NCBI GenBank assembly: GCA_020438105.1
Contig: JAGQVE010000005.1
Location: forward strand, 3,473 to 67,472
Origin: Bacteroidales bacterium
GTDB lineage: Bacteria > Bacteroidota > Bacteroidia > Bacteroidales > JAADJA01
Reading direction: 5' to 3'
Length of the DNA stretch: 64,000 bases
Below, in pieces: positions 1 to 7,980 of this stretch (the stretch's first letter is position 1; every line of letters starts with the position of its first letter). A program made the position numbers and the translations under genes. Below the pieces are notes generated by a model. The model was not told where the DNA came from, did no database searches, and worked only from the letters and a program-made list of their open reading frames with translations.

Positions 1-372
1 ATTTCACCCGCACTTGTTCAGGAGATCAGGGTGATCAACCGGATTTATTACCTTGGTGATTTTCTTTTGCAGGGAGTGGTTATGATCCATACAAAAGAGG
101 GCAGATTTGGAGGAATATCAATTCCTGATGATGCAGTGTTTATAAAATATAAAACCCTTAGCTCCCAAACCAGTTTCATTCCGGTTCAAGGTGGTGAAGA
201 TACTTTCCGCAATGTTTTATTCTGGAGCTCGGGTAACATGCCTGCGGACCTGCCAACTACCTTTGCTTTTTACACTTCTCAACATCTTTCGGAATATGAT
301 ATAATTTTTAATGGGATTACCACCGAAGGAATTGAATTTGAATGTAGAAAATCATTCAAAGTAGAGAAATAA
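1..372 (+). CDS. hypothetical protein, C-terminal fragment (gene starts upstream of window)
   Basis: Frame 1 is open from the window edge to TAA at 370-372. The GTG at 31 used by the ORF track is probably internal. No motif recognised. Confidence 0.35.
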   Translation: MSPALVQEIRVINRIYYLGDFLLQGVVMIHTKEGRFGGISIPDDAVFIKYKTLSSQTSFIPVQGGEDTFRNVLFWSSGNMPADLPTTFAFYTSQHLSEYDIIFNGITTEGIEFECRKSFKVEK

Positions 373-375
373 AAA

Positions 376-402
376 ATCCGCCACAGCATAACCGTGACGG
401 AT
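376..402. terminator. imperfect hairpin between convergent genes (possible bidirectional terminator)
   Basis: ATCCGCCAC (376-384) and GTGACGGAT (394-402) form a 9-bp stem with one mismatch. An A-run lies upstream and T-containing sequence downstream. It sits between the stops of two convergent CDSs. Confidence 0.35.
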
Positions 403-425
403 CTTAAATATATTTTACCTTCCAG

Positions 426-1529
426 TTAGTTCAACAATTCAGCCAGCTTATTTTGCAGGTCTTCGCCACGCAGGTTCTTGGCAATGATTTTGCCTTCCGG
501 ATCCAGCAGCACGTTTGCAGGAATGGAGTTGATACCATATAATTTTCCTGCTGCATTGCCCCAATATTGCAAATCGGAAACATGATGCCAGGTAAGGCCG
601 TCATTTTCAACTGCTTCAATCCATTTGTCTTTGGTTTTGTCGAAAGACACACCCAAAACATCAAAACCTTTATCGTGGAATTTGTTATAAGCCTCCACTA
701 CGTTTGGATTTTCCTGCCGGCAGGGACCACACCATGAAGCCCAAAAATCAACCAGTAAATAATTACCAAATAAAGATGAAAGTGCTACAGGTTCTCCGTC
801 CATATCATCCATGGTAAAATCAATGGCCGGTTGACCTACAGCTACCCTTTTTAAGGTTTCAAGACGTTCAACAAGACCTTCCACATAGGTTGAGCCTTTA
901 ATGGATTCGTCAAAATTATTAACCACCGGTTCCAGGTCATTTTCATCAAAATAATAGGCATTACGGTTAACAGCATAAGCAGCAATAATAGATTTGGGAT
1001 TGGATAAAGCATTATCAATTATGAACTGTTTCATTTGCTCATCCACCGACTCGTATTCGATTTCCAGCTGGGCCAGTTTTTCTTCATCATTGTCTTGCTT
1101 TGCTGCCTTATATTGGGTATTCAAATCGCTGTACATGTCGTTAAATAATTGAATTTTATCATTGTAAGCTTCATATTCAGTTTGTGAAGCAGAGCCACTT
1201 ACTTTCAAATTTCTGAAATCGTCCACCGAGGTCTCGATTGTTATATCCGAAGGCTCAGCAAAAAAGCCGGCAAATCTGTTTTGGCCTTCAATACCAAGGT
1301 AATACATTTCAGGATATTCCAGTTGGGCCGATAAAACAAAACTGCCATTATCAACTTTAACAGAATCAAGCTTTACCCAATCTCCGTCAGTTCTTTTGTA
1401 AAGGTCAACCATTCCTGAATAATCTCCGCTAATGGTACCGCTGATTGTCATTTGATTTTTAGATTCCGGTGTAGTGGAGCAAGATGCTAAAATCATCACC
1501 GTCATTATAATTGCAAAAAGTTTTTTCAT
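426..1529 (-). CDS. TlpA/AhpC-TSA family thiol-disulfide oxidoreductase lipoprotein
   Basis: ORF 426..1598 is trimmed to the ATG at 1529, where a lipoprotein-type signal begins (MKKLFAIIMTVMILASC). The C-terminal thioredoxin fold carries LVDFWASWCGPCRQENP (WCGPC redox motif). Confidence 0.85.
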   Translation of the reverse strand: MKKLFAIIMTVMILASCSTTPESKNQMTISGTISGDYSGMVDLYKRTDGDWVKLDSVKVDNGSFVLSAQLEYPEMYYLGIEGQNRFAGFFAEPSDITIETSVDDFRNLKVSGSASQTEYEAYNDKIQLFNDMYSDLNTQYKAAKQDNDEEKLAQLEIEYESVDEQMKQFIIDNALSNPKSIIAAYAVNRNAYYFDENDLEPVVNNFDESIKGSTYVEGLVERLETLKRVAVGQPAIDFTMDDMDGEPVALSSLFGNYLLVDFWASWCGPCRQENPNVVEAYNKFHDKGFDVLGVSFDKTKDKWIEAVENDGLTWHHVSDLQYWGNAAGKLYGINSIPANVLLDPEGKIIAKNLRGEDLQNKLAELLN

Positions 1530-1679
1530 GTGATAATCAATCGTTTGTTTATATGAAATTTTAAATTCGATGCAAATATACGCGTCAACGGTCATCAAAC
1601 GACACTGAATGTTTTTTAATTGTTAAACGATTGTTAATCCGTTTAAAATGATGACTTTTGGAAAATCAATAAGTAAAAA

Positions 1680-2882
1680 ATGAAACAACAGCCAGCTGCA
1701 GGAATACTTAAATTAAAAAAGGGAAGAGACAAATCATTGCGCCGAAAACATCCCTGGATATTTTCCGGTGCTGTTGAAAGCATTCAGGGTATATCAGCAA
1801 ATGGAGAAATAGTTAAAGTTTTTTCTTTTGAAAAGGAATTTCTGGGAATGGCCTCTGTTTCGCTCCAATCGCAGATAAGGGCCCGTATGTGGGCTTTCGA
1901 AGATGTTAATATCGATCGAAGGTTCATTTATCAGGCTATTGAAAATGCATTGCAGTTGAGAAAACAGAAAGGCCTTTTTGAGTGTACCAATGCAATTAGA
2001 ATCGTCAATTCAGAGGCGGATTTTATGCCAGGTTTGATTGCTGATTTGTATGATGATGTTATTGTTTGCCAGCTTTTATCAGCTGGGGTTGAATTCTTTA
2101 AATCCGAGATCATATCATGTCTTGATGAATTGATCAAACCAAAAGCTATTGTTGAAAGAAGCGACACCGATTCCCGTAAAAAAGAAGGGCTGAATAAGTG
2201 TGCAGGTTTGCTGGCAGGTACTTTGCCGGATGATAAAATCAGCATATTTGAAGGAGAAACAAAGTTTTTAGTGGATGTGGTTCAGGGGCATAAAACCGGT
2301 TTTTACCTCGACCAGCGCGACAACCGTAAAATTGTAGCTTCTTTTTGTATGGACAAAGAGGTATTGAATTGTTTCAGCTATACCGGCGGATTTGGAATAA
2401 GTGCCCTTGCTAATGGGGCTAAAACGCTAATTAATATTGATACCTCCGCAGATGCTTTGAAAATTGCCGAAGATAATGCCCGCCTCAACCAGCTTGATCC
2501 CGGTAAAATGGAAAATATAACCGGAGATGTTTTTAAGGTATTGAGAACTTTCCGTGATGCTAACCGCTTATTTGATGTAATAATACTTGATCCGCCTAAA
2601 TTTGCTGAATCCGCCTCACAAATCGAAAAGGCTGCCCGCGGATATAAGGATATCAATTTGCTGGCCATGAAACTTTTGAAACCGGGTGGTTTGTTATTTA
2701 CCTTTTCCTGTTCCGGGCATATGGTGCCGGAGTTGTTTCGCAAAGTAGTTTCGGATGCGGCTATCGATGCTGAACGCAGGGTAGAAATGGTTCGAACCCT
2801 TCAGCAGGCCTCCGACCATCCGGTTTTACTGAACTTTCCTGAAAGTTTTTACCTGAAAGGATTGGTTTGTCGTGTTTGGTAA
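1680..2882 (+). CDS. rlmI: class I SAM-dependent rRNA (m5C) methyltransferase, RlmI/RlmK-like, with PUA-like N-terminus
   Basis: 400 aa. It has KTGFYLDQRDNR, the SAM-binding VLNCFSYTGGFG and the ILDPPKF catalytic motif, in the order and length typical of RlmI-family enzymes. Confidence 0.7.
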   Translation: MKQQPAAGILKLKKGRDKSLRRKHPWIFSGAVESIQGISANGEIVKVFSFEKEFLGMASVSLQSQIRARMWAFEDVNIDRRFIYQAIENALQLRKQKGLFECTNAIRIVNSEADFMPGLIADLYDDVIVCQLLSAGVEFFKSEIISCLDELIKPKAIVERSDTDSRKKEGLNKCAGLLAGTLPDDKISIFEGETKFLVDVVQGHKTGFYLDQRDNRKIVASFCMDKEVLNCFSYTGGFGISALANGAKTLINIDTSADALKIAEDNARLNQLDPGKMENITGDVFKVLRTFRDANRLFDVIILDPPKFAESASQIEKAARGYKDINLLAMKLLKPGGLLFTFSCSGHMVPELFRKVVSDAAIDAERRVEMVRTLQQASDHPVLLNFPESFYLKGLVCRVW

Positions 2883-2883
2883 A

Positions 2884-3822
2884 TTATATACCCGTTGTAT
2901 TCAGGTTTCCTAAACTCACCGTGATCAACCTTGTTTGGCTCGGATCATCATCATTAACCAGCCGTATGGTCACTTGCAGGTGCAGGTTGTAAACGCTTAT
3001 GGAGGTTTCTTTTGATTGAATGTTCCCGATTTTTAAGATATCAGAATTGATGATCCCGTATTTTCTGGAAGGTTCGTCTTCAAACAGTTCATCAGGTTTG
3101 TTCAGGTAACTGCGATCGTAATCTTTATTAAATTCATAGATGTTGGCAATATCATCAATGGTAACAATTTGCAGGTTTTCAACACCATCCAGGTTGGTGG
3201 TAAACCAGGAATGTACATGCTCGTCGATCAAACACCGGTTAAGGTTATCTTTTATCAGTATCCTGGCGCAATTGATAATGCCTCGTCCGTAATAGTTTTT
3301 ATTGAATTTGTAAACCTTATCGTAAGTGATTGCATATCGCATATTGATGCCCCCGATGATCCGACGTAGCCTGGGATAATAATGATATGCGTTAAATGCT
3401 CGCAGCACAACGGCAAAATTGCAGGCAAAAAGCAACGACTGTAAAGGGTTATCGAACAGTAAAAATCCGCCATCACCCGTGCTAATGTAGTTCCTTTCGA
3501 TGCGGGCAGCATCATAACGTTGAAAAATGAAATTGTGATTTTCAATACACAATTTGATAGTTGACTCAAACATTACCTTAAACAAAAAAGGAATCAACGT
3601 TTGCTCAAATTCGCCATAGGAGCTGTATTGAAACATGTCAATCCCCAGTACCGATTTACGGCTGATCTTTTCATAATTGATGTATTCCTTAAGGCGTGAA
3701 TATAATTTCCGGTGATCGGGAATGATATTGGTTTTGTCAAACACCACACGTTTATCCATTTCATTTAAAATTTCGCGGATTTCAGCGTGCTCCAGGTGTT
3801 TCAAAGTGCTTTTTGAGATCAT
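2884..3822 (-). CDS. class III nucleotidyl cyclase-like (cyclase homology / palm domain) protein with unassigned C-terminal domain
   Basis: VLGIDMFQYSS (first metal Asp strand), ISTGDGGFLLF (second Asp) and YGRGIINCARI (Asn/Arg transition-state pair) occur in the canonical order and spacing. About 110 aa at the C-terminus have no recognisable motif. The gene lies 11 nt downstream of the GT2 gene on the same strand. Confidence 0.5.
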   Translation of the reverse strand: MISKSTLKHLEHAEIREILNEMDKRVVFDKTNIIPDHRKLYSRLKEYINYEKISRKSVLGIDMFQYSSYGEFEQTLIPFLFKVMFESTIKLCIENHNFIFQRYDAARIERNYISTGDGGFLLFDNPLQSLLFACNFAVVLRAFNAYHYYPRLRRIIGGINMRYAITYDKVYKFNKNYYGRGIINCARILIKDNLNRCLIDEHVHSWFTTNLDGVENLQIVTIDDIANIYEFNKDYDRSYLNKPDELFEDEPSRKYGIINSDILKIGNIQSKETSISVYNLHLQVTIRLVNDDDPSQTRLITVSLGNLNTTGI

Positions 3823-3833
3823 TTTATTCGTAT

Positions 3834-4988
3834 TTATTTAATTACTTTTCTGCCTTTCCATTGGTATGACCCAACTATTCCCAATGCCCCGATCAACACT
3901 ATATAAAATGGATAGAAAAAAATAAGCGGAATGGCATAAAGCAATATTTTGTTCCTATTTACAAAGTTAGTAATCCCCACTAAAATCGGGATATCAATTA
4001 TTACCTTGATCAAGGTAGCAGTAATTATTGTACCCCAGAATGCAGGATTGAAAAAGCTGTAAAGTAAACCGAATACCATCAGCAGGTTTGTAAAATAAAC
4101 TGAGAATGAAACAAACAAAATCTTCAGATTATAACCTTTATTTTTTGATGCCCAGCGGGTTCTTTGATGGTAAAAACTTTTAATTGATTGCTGCGCTTCA
4201 GTGTAAACAATACTATCAAGGTTTTTCAGAAAACGAATGGAATTATTGCCAAAGCGTTTCATCATTTTTAACAATAAAAAAACATCATCCCCACTGGCAA
4301 AACTGTCCTGATCAAATCCGCCGGCTTCATAAAATGCTTTCTTTTCATAAGTAAGATTAGCGCCGTTGCACATTACCGGCTTTCTTATGCTTATGGCACC
4401 TCCGGTGATAGCAATCAGGCTTAAAAACTCCAGGCTTTGCATTTTTTCGAACACCGAATTTTCATTGTGAAAACTTACCGGGGCAATGATCATTTTGGGT
4501 TTTTCTTGTTCATAGAATTGCAAAATACCGGAAAGCCAGTGAGGGCCAATTCTGCAGTCAGCATCTGTGGTGATGATCAGGTCTCCATTCGATTTATTTA
4601 TTGCCATTGAAATGGCATGCTTTTTATAAGTGGGCCTTTCTGAATCGTTTTGGATTTGTATTAGTTGAATATTAATTTCAGATTGTTCTGCGATAAATTT
4701 TTCCACCAGGTTCACCGTATTATCAGTTGATTGATCATCGGCAACGATTATTTCAAACAAATCACGATCAACATCCTGAAAAGCAAGATCATTTAATAAA
4801 TTTATAATGTTGGCCTCCTCATTCCTGGCGGGTATGATAATGCTTGCCCGGGTGTTCAGCTTTAAATTTCTGTTTGGTTGAAATGATTTTAAACGGTACC
4901 ATCCAATTGTATACAATGCAATCAGAATCATATAGATGATCCCGAAAAGCAACATCAAACCGATGAGTATCATATCGAAAGAAATCAT
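3834..4988 (-). CDS. family 2 glycosyltransferase, membrane-embedded processive synthase type
   Basis: IIIPARNEEANI, ADDQSTDNT, TTDADC and QRTRW (QxxRW) motifs, with TM helices at the N- and C-termini. The start is set at the ATG at 4988, which overlaps the upstream stop as ATGA. The longer ORF-track start at 5069 would overlap the upstream gene by 85 nt. Confidence 0.85.
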   Translation of the reverse strand: MISFDMILIGLMLLFGIIYMILIALYTIGWYRLKSFQPNRNLKLNTRASIIIPARNEEANIINLLNDLAFQDVDRDLFEIIVADDQSTDNTVNLVEKFIAEQSEINIQLIQIQNDSERPTYKKHAISMAINKSNGDLIITTDADCRIGPHWLSGILQFYEQEKPKMIIAPVSFHNENSVFEKMQSLEFLSLIAITGGAISIRKPVMCNGANLTYEKKAFYEAGGFDQDSFASGDDVFLLLKMMKRFGNNSIRFLKNLDSIVYTEAQQSIKSFYHQRTRWASKNKGYNLKILFVSFSVYFTNLLMVFGLLYSFFNPAFWGTIITATLIKVIIDIPILVGITNFVNRNKILLYAIPLIFFYPFYIVLIGALGIVGSYQWKGRKVIK

Positions 4989-6106
4989 GAGGACCGTTTT
5001 CGGAAAAAGTTGAGCCGGTAAACAAAAAAGGTTCCTAAAATGGCAGGAACAGCGAGGTTTATTAACCAAAGGGTTGAGGTTGACGAAACTACACCTATAT
5101 CAATGTTTTCCGTCATCGCACCAAATTTTGCGAAATACAAATCGATAAAATACAACGAAACAGAACCCCGAACACCCAGTTCAGCCATGGTTACGGTTGG
5201 AATAGCCGTCATAATAAAAAATATAAGGCTAATGATCATGAGGCCGTGCAATAACGGGATTTCGATTGAAAACATCATGAGTAAAATATAAAACTGCAAC
5301 GTGAAAACACAATAGCGTAAAAAGCTTAGCAGCAAAACAGTAAGTAGTTCCAATCCGCTGTAATCAGAAATTACTGAAACATAATCATTAAAGTGGACAA
5401 AACGCTTATGAAGTATTCGGGATAAAAACAACGGTAAGGATGTGATATTTAAGAAAACCAGCAGCGATGTACCGATGATAACAATTACCAGGAAAATTAA
5501 ACCATAAAGTAAATAATTGGAATAAATCCCGTGATCTTTGAAATAGATCGGAACATAAAAGGCAAGACTAATACTACCAACGATGAGTGTGATAAGTAAT
5601 TGACTAAAACTACCTATCATAGTTATAAAAACCCCTTTCCATGGATTTGATTTTTTTAAGATAAAAACCCGGCCAAACCATTCTCCAATTCGGTTAGGAG
5701 TAAAAATACTTACCGAAACTCCTGATAATACAGCTTCGAAAGATTTAAAGAAGCTAACATTTTCAATTTTGTTGATCAGAAATTGCCATTTCAATGATTC
5801 AATTCCCCAGTTAACCACCATAAGGATTAACACCCAAATTCCAAATAAATATAAATTGGGATCTTTGAAAACATCTTTGAAAAAAATAATGAAGTCGGTT
5901 TTGGGGGTAAAAAACAGTCCGGTAATTCCATAGATTTTTTCGAAAACAGACAAACCAGAAGTTGAATTCCAGATATTTGAAATTTCAGAAAGTGATGGTG
6001 AATGAAATAATTTTTTATAAACAAAGAAGTAAGTGGCTAAAATTATGACGATTCTAACCAGTAAATTATAGGCTTTGTTTTTATGTATATTTGCGAGAAA
6101 CTTCAT
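4985..6106 (-). CDS. UPF0104 / lysylphosphatidylglycerol-synthase-TM-region-like (flippase-like) integral membrane protein
   Basis: 373 aa and almost entirely hydrophobic segments. The overall pattern and the pairing with a GT2 gene are typical of this family. It ends in TGA and is translationally coupled to the GT2 gene. Confidence 0.65.
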   Translation of the reverse strand: MKFLANIHKNKAYNLLVRIVIILATYFFVYKKLFHSPSLSEISNIWNSTSGLSVFEKIYGITGLFFTPKTDFIIFFKDVFKDPNLYLFGIWVLILMVVNWGIESLKWQFLINKIENVSFFKSFEAVLSGVSVSIFTPNRIGEWFGRVFILKKSNPWKGVFITMIGSFSQLLITLIVGSISLAFYVPIYFKDHGIYSNYLLYGLIFLVIVIIGTSLLVFLNITSLPLFLSRILHKRFVHFNDYVSVISDYSGLELLTVLLLSFLRYCVFTLQFYILLMMFSIEIPLLHGLMIISLIFFIMTAIPTVTMAELGVRGSVSLYFIDLYFAKFGAMTENIDIGVVSSTSTLWLINLAVPAILGTFFVYRLNFFRKRSS

Positions 6107-6134
6107 TTATATCACACAAAAGTAAGTCCTAATT

Positions 6135-6689
6135 TTGAATAAAGAGCGAATAATATTGGGCATCGATCCGGGAACCACCATCATGGGGTACGGCCTTATA
6201 AAGGAAAGGGAGAACAAATTAGCATTGATAAGCATCGGTGTCATTCATCTCAGTAAGTTGGAAAATCAGGCATTAAAACTAAAAAAAATATTTGAACGCA
6301 CCCTTGCGCTCATTGATGAGTATCACCCTGACGAATTGGCCATTGAGGCTCCTTTTTATGGAAAAAATGTTCAGTCGATGCTCAAGCTTGGCCGGGCACA
6401 GGGGGTAGCGATGGCCGCAGCCTTATACCGTTCCGTTCCTATTTTTGAATATTCACCCAAAAAAATTAAACAGGCGATTACCGGAAATGGTAATGCTTCC
6501 AAGGAACAAGTGGCTGCCATGCTAATGTCGATGATGGTAATTGATGACAAGCCACGACATTTGGATGCCACGGATGGATTAGCTGCAGCAGTTTGCCATT
6601 TTTTTCAGAAATCACCCAATGAACATACGCCGTCGTACAGCGGTTGGGGGCAGTTTATCAATAAAAATCCGGGAAGGATTAACCAATAA
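6135..6689 (+). CDS. ruvC: crossover junction endodeoxyribonuclease RuvC
   Basis: [16 protein letters not shown]-terminus, [13 protein letters not shown] and the C-terminal [12 protein letters not shown] acidic motif; 184 aa. It apparently uses a TTG start at 6135, with no in-frame ATG upstream of the conserved N-terminus. Confidence 0.9.
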   Translation: MNKERIILGIDPGTTIMGYGLIKERENKLALISIGVIHLSKLENQALKLKKIFERTLALIDEYHPDELAIEAPFYGKNVQSMLKLGRAQGVAMAAALYRSVPIFEYSPKKIKQAITGNGNASKEQVAAMLMSMMVIDDKPRHLDATDGLAAAVCHFFQKSPNEHTPSYSGWGQFINKNPGRINQ

Positions 6690-7865
6690 TTACATTAACT
6701 TTTGATAGGCCTGCCACCAGCGGTCGGGGATATCGTCATGGCAGGCAACCTCATAATCAGCATAGGAACAAGGTACCAAATGGTGCCGTTCATACACATC
6801 CTTGAGATTATTTTTCACAGGAACATCCATCCACCAGCGGTCACTCTTTTTGCTTTTGTAAAATACCAGCTGATCTTTGTGATCTTTGATGGAAACAGTG
6901 TATTTGATGTATTCTTTGATATTTTTATAGGGATGGTCATTTTTCCGGTTATAAAAACCCTCGATGAAATACCAGATCATTTGAGCAACCAGCTTTGCTG
7001 TTTGATCATTGATATCGAGTGATGGATTAAGTTCATAAAAACCGATGGAGGACAGCTTATCACTGATGCCCGCATAGCGCATGATTTGACAAACCTCTTC
7101 ACCATAAAAACCGTTGGGAGATGCATTGGGATTGGCCGGTGCATCAGCATGCTTAATGGCGGAAATGTCCACAGTAATCATATCGGCATTCCTGGTCAAA
7201 GGCTCCACATTCTCAAGGTTGGTTCTCACCTTGCCTATCCGGTAAGTGTCGAAATAAAGCCTGTCCATTAATTTGATTGATTCCGGATCAACCAGATAAG
7301 TTTGATAGCCGACATTGGTATAATTAAAAAGAAAATTTGGCTGATGCAGAATAATTTTATTCAAATAACCTTTTGAATGTATTTCCTGGTCTGCATTCCC
7401 CAGGTCAAACATCGAATCAATGGCAAGGATGTTCATCACTTTCCCCAATGATTCGTAAGCCCTGTAATTGGCAAAAGTTAAATCCTGGCTTCCTCCTAAA
7501 ATTATCGGAATCGTATTATTTTTGATCAATTCAGTAACAACGGCGGCAAGCGCAAAATAGGTATCCTCAACAGCATGGCCGTTTCGGATATTTCCCAAAT
7601 CAACAATATTTGGCTTATAGTCGCCCCTGAAAAGTTGGTAAAGTGCTTTCCTGATATGATCCGGACCTTCGCTGCAACCAAGATTGTTTTTTGCGTTTCG
7701 TTCTTCTTTCACACCAACTATAGCTAGGTCAGCAGAAATGAAATCAGGTAATTCATTGTTTGTGGTATAAGCTGTTACATGATCGCCAAGGCGATGCCTG
7801 ATTTCATGGTCGGAGGATTCAAATGGTATAAAATCCAGGGGTTCAAAATAAATGGAAATGTCCAT
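6690..7865 (-). CDS. arginase/formiminoglutamase-family (ureohydrolase fold) protein with C-terminal extension
   Basis: Ureohydrolase-like blocks are present: PIILGGSQDLT, NILAIDSMFDL and ITVDISAIKHADAP. Several canonical Mn-ligand positions are substituted (see findings). Confidence 0.65.
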   Translation of the reverse strand: MDISIYFEPLDFIPFESSDHEIRHRLGDHVTAYTTNNELPDFISADLAIVGVKEERNAKNNLGCSEGPDHIRKALYQLFRGDYKPNIVDLGNIRNGHAVEDTYFALAAVVTELIKNNTIPIILGGSQDLTFANYRAYESLGKVMNILAIDSMFDLGNADQEIHSKGYLNKIILHQPNFLFNYTNVGYQTYLVDPESIKLMDRLYFDTYRIGKVRTNLENVEPLTRNADMITVDISAIKHADAPANPNASPNGFYGEEVCQIMRYAGISDKLSSIGFYELNPSLDINDQTAKLVAQMIWYFIEGFYNRKNDHPYKNIKEYIKYTVSIKDHKDQLVFYKSKKSDRWWMDVPVKNNLKDVYERHHLVPCSYADYEVACHDDIPDRWWQAYQKLM

Positions 7866-7980
7866 AAACCGGAGTATTAATCAATCTGATAATGCAATGG
7901 CTTATACAAGCCTGTCCGAAAAAAGTTGTACGAAATTATTTAAAAAAATTGAACCTCCGCTTTCTGATCAGCTGTTGATT

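Noticed and set aside
2884-3822. Interpreting the cyclase-like gene as a Pycsar or CBASS-type antiphage defence system.
   Set aside because: No adjacent effector gene (TIR, TM, nuclease or phospholipase) is present. The gene is instead co-oriented and tightly linked with a GT2 synthase, and its downstream neighbour is a convergent housekeeping methyltransferase.
3834-5069. Extended 5' starts offered by the ORF track for several genes: 3834..5069, 426..1598, 11823..13652, 27288.., 31027.. and 62230..63645.
   Set aside because: Internal ATGs give proper signal peptides or conserved N-termini and remove long overlaps with upstream genes. The extensions encode unconserved, often Cys- and Arg-rich junk.
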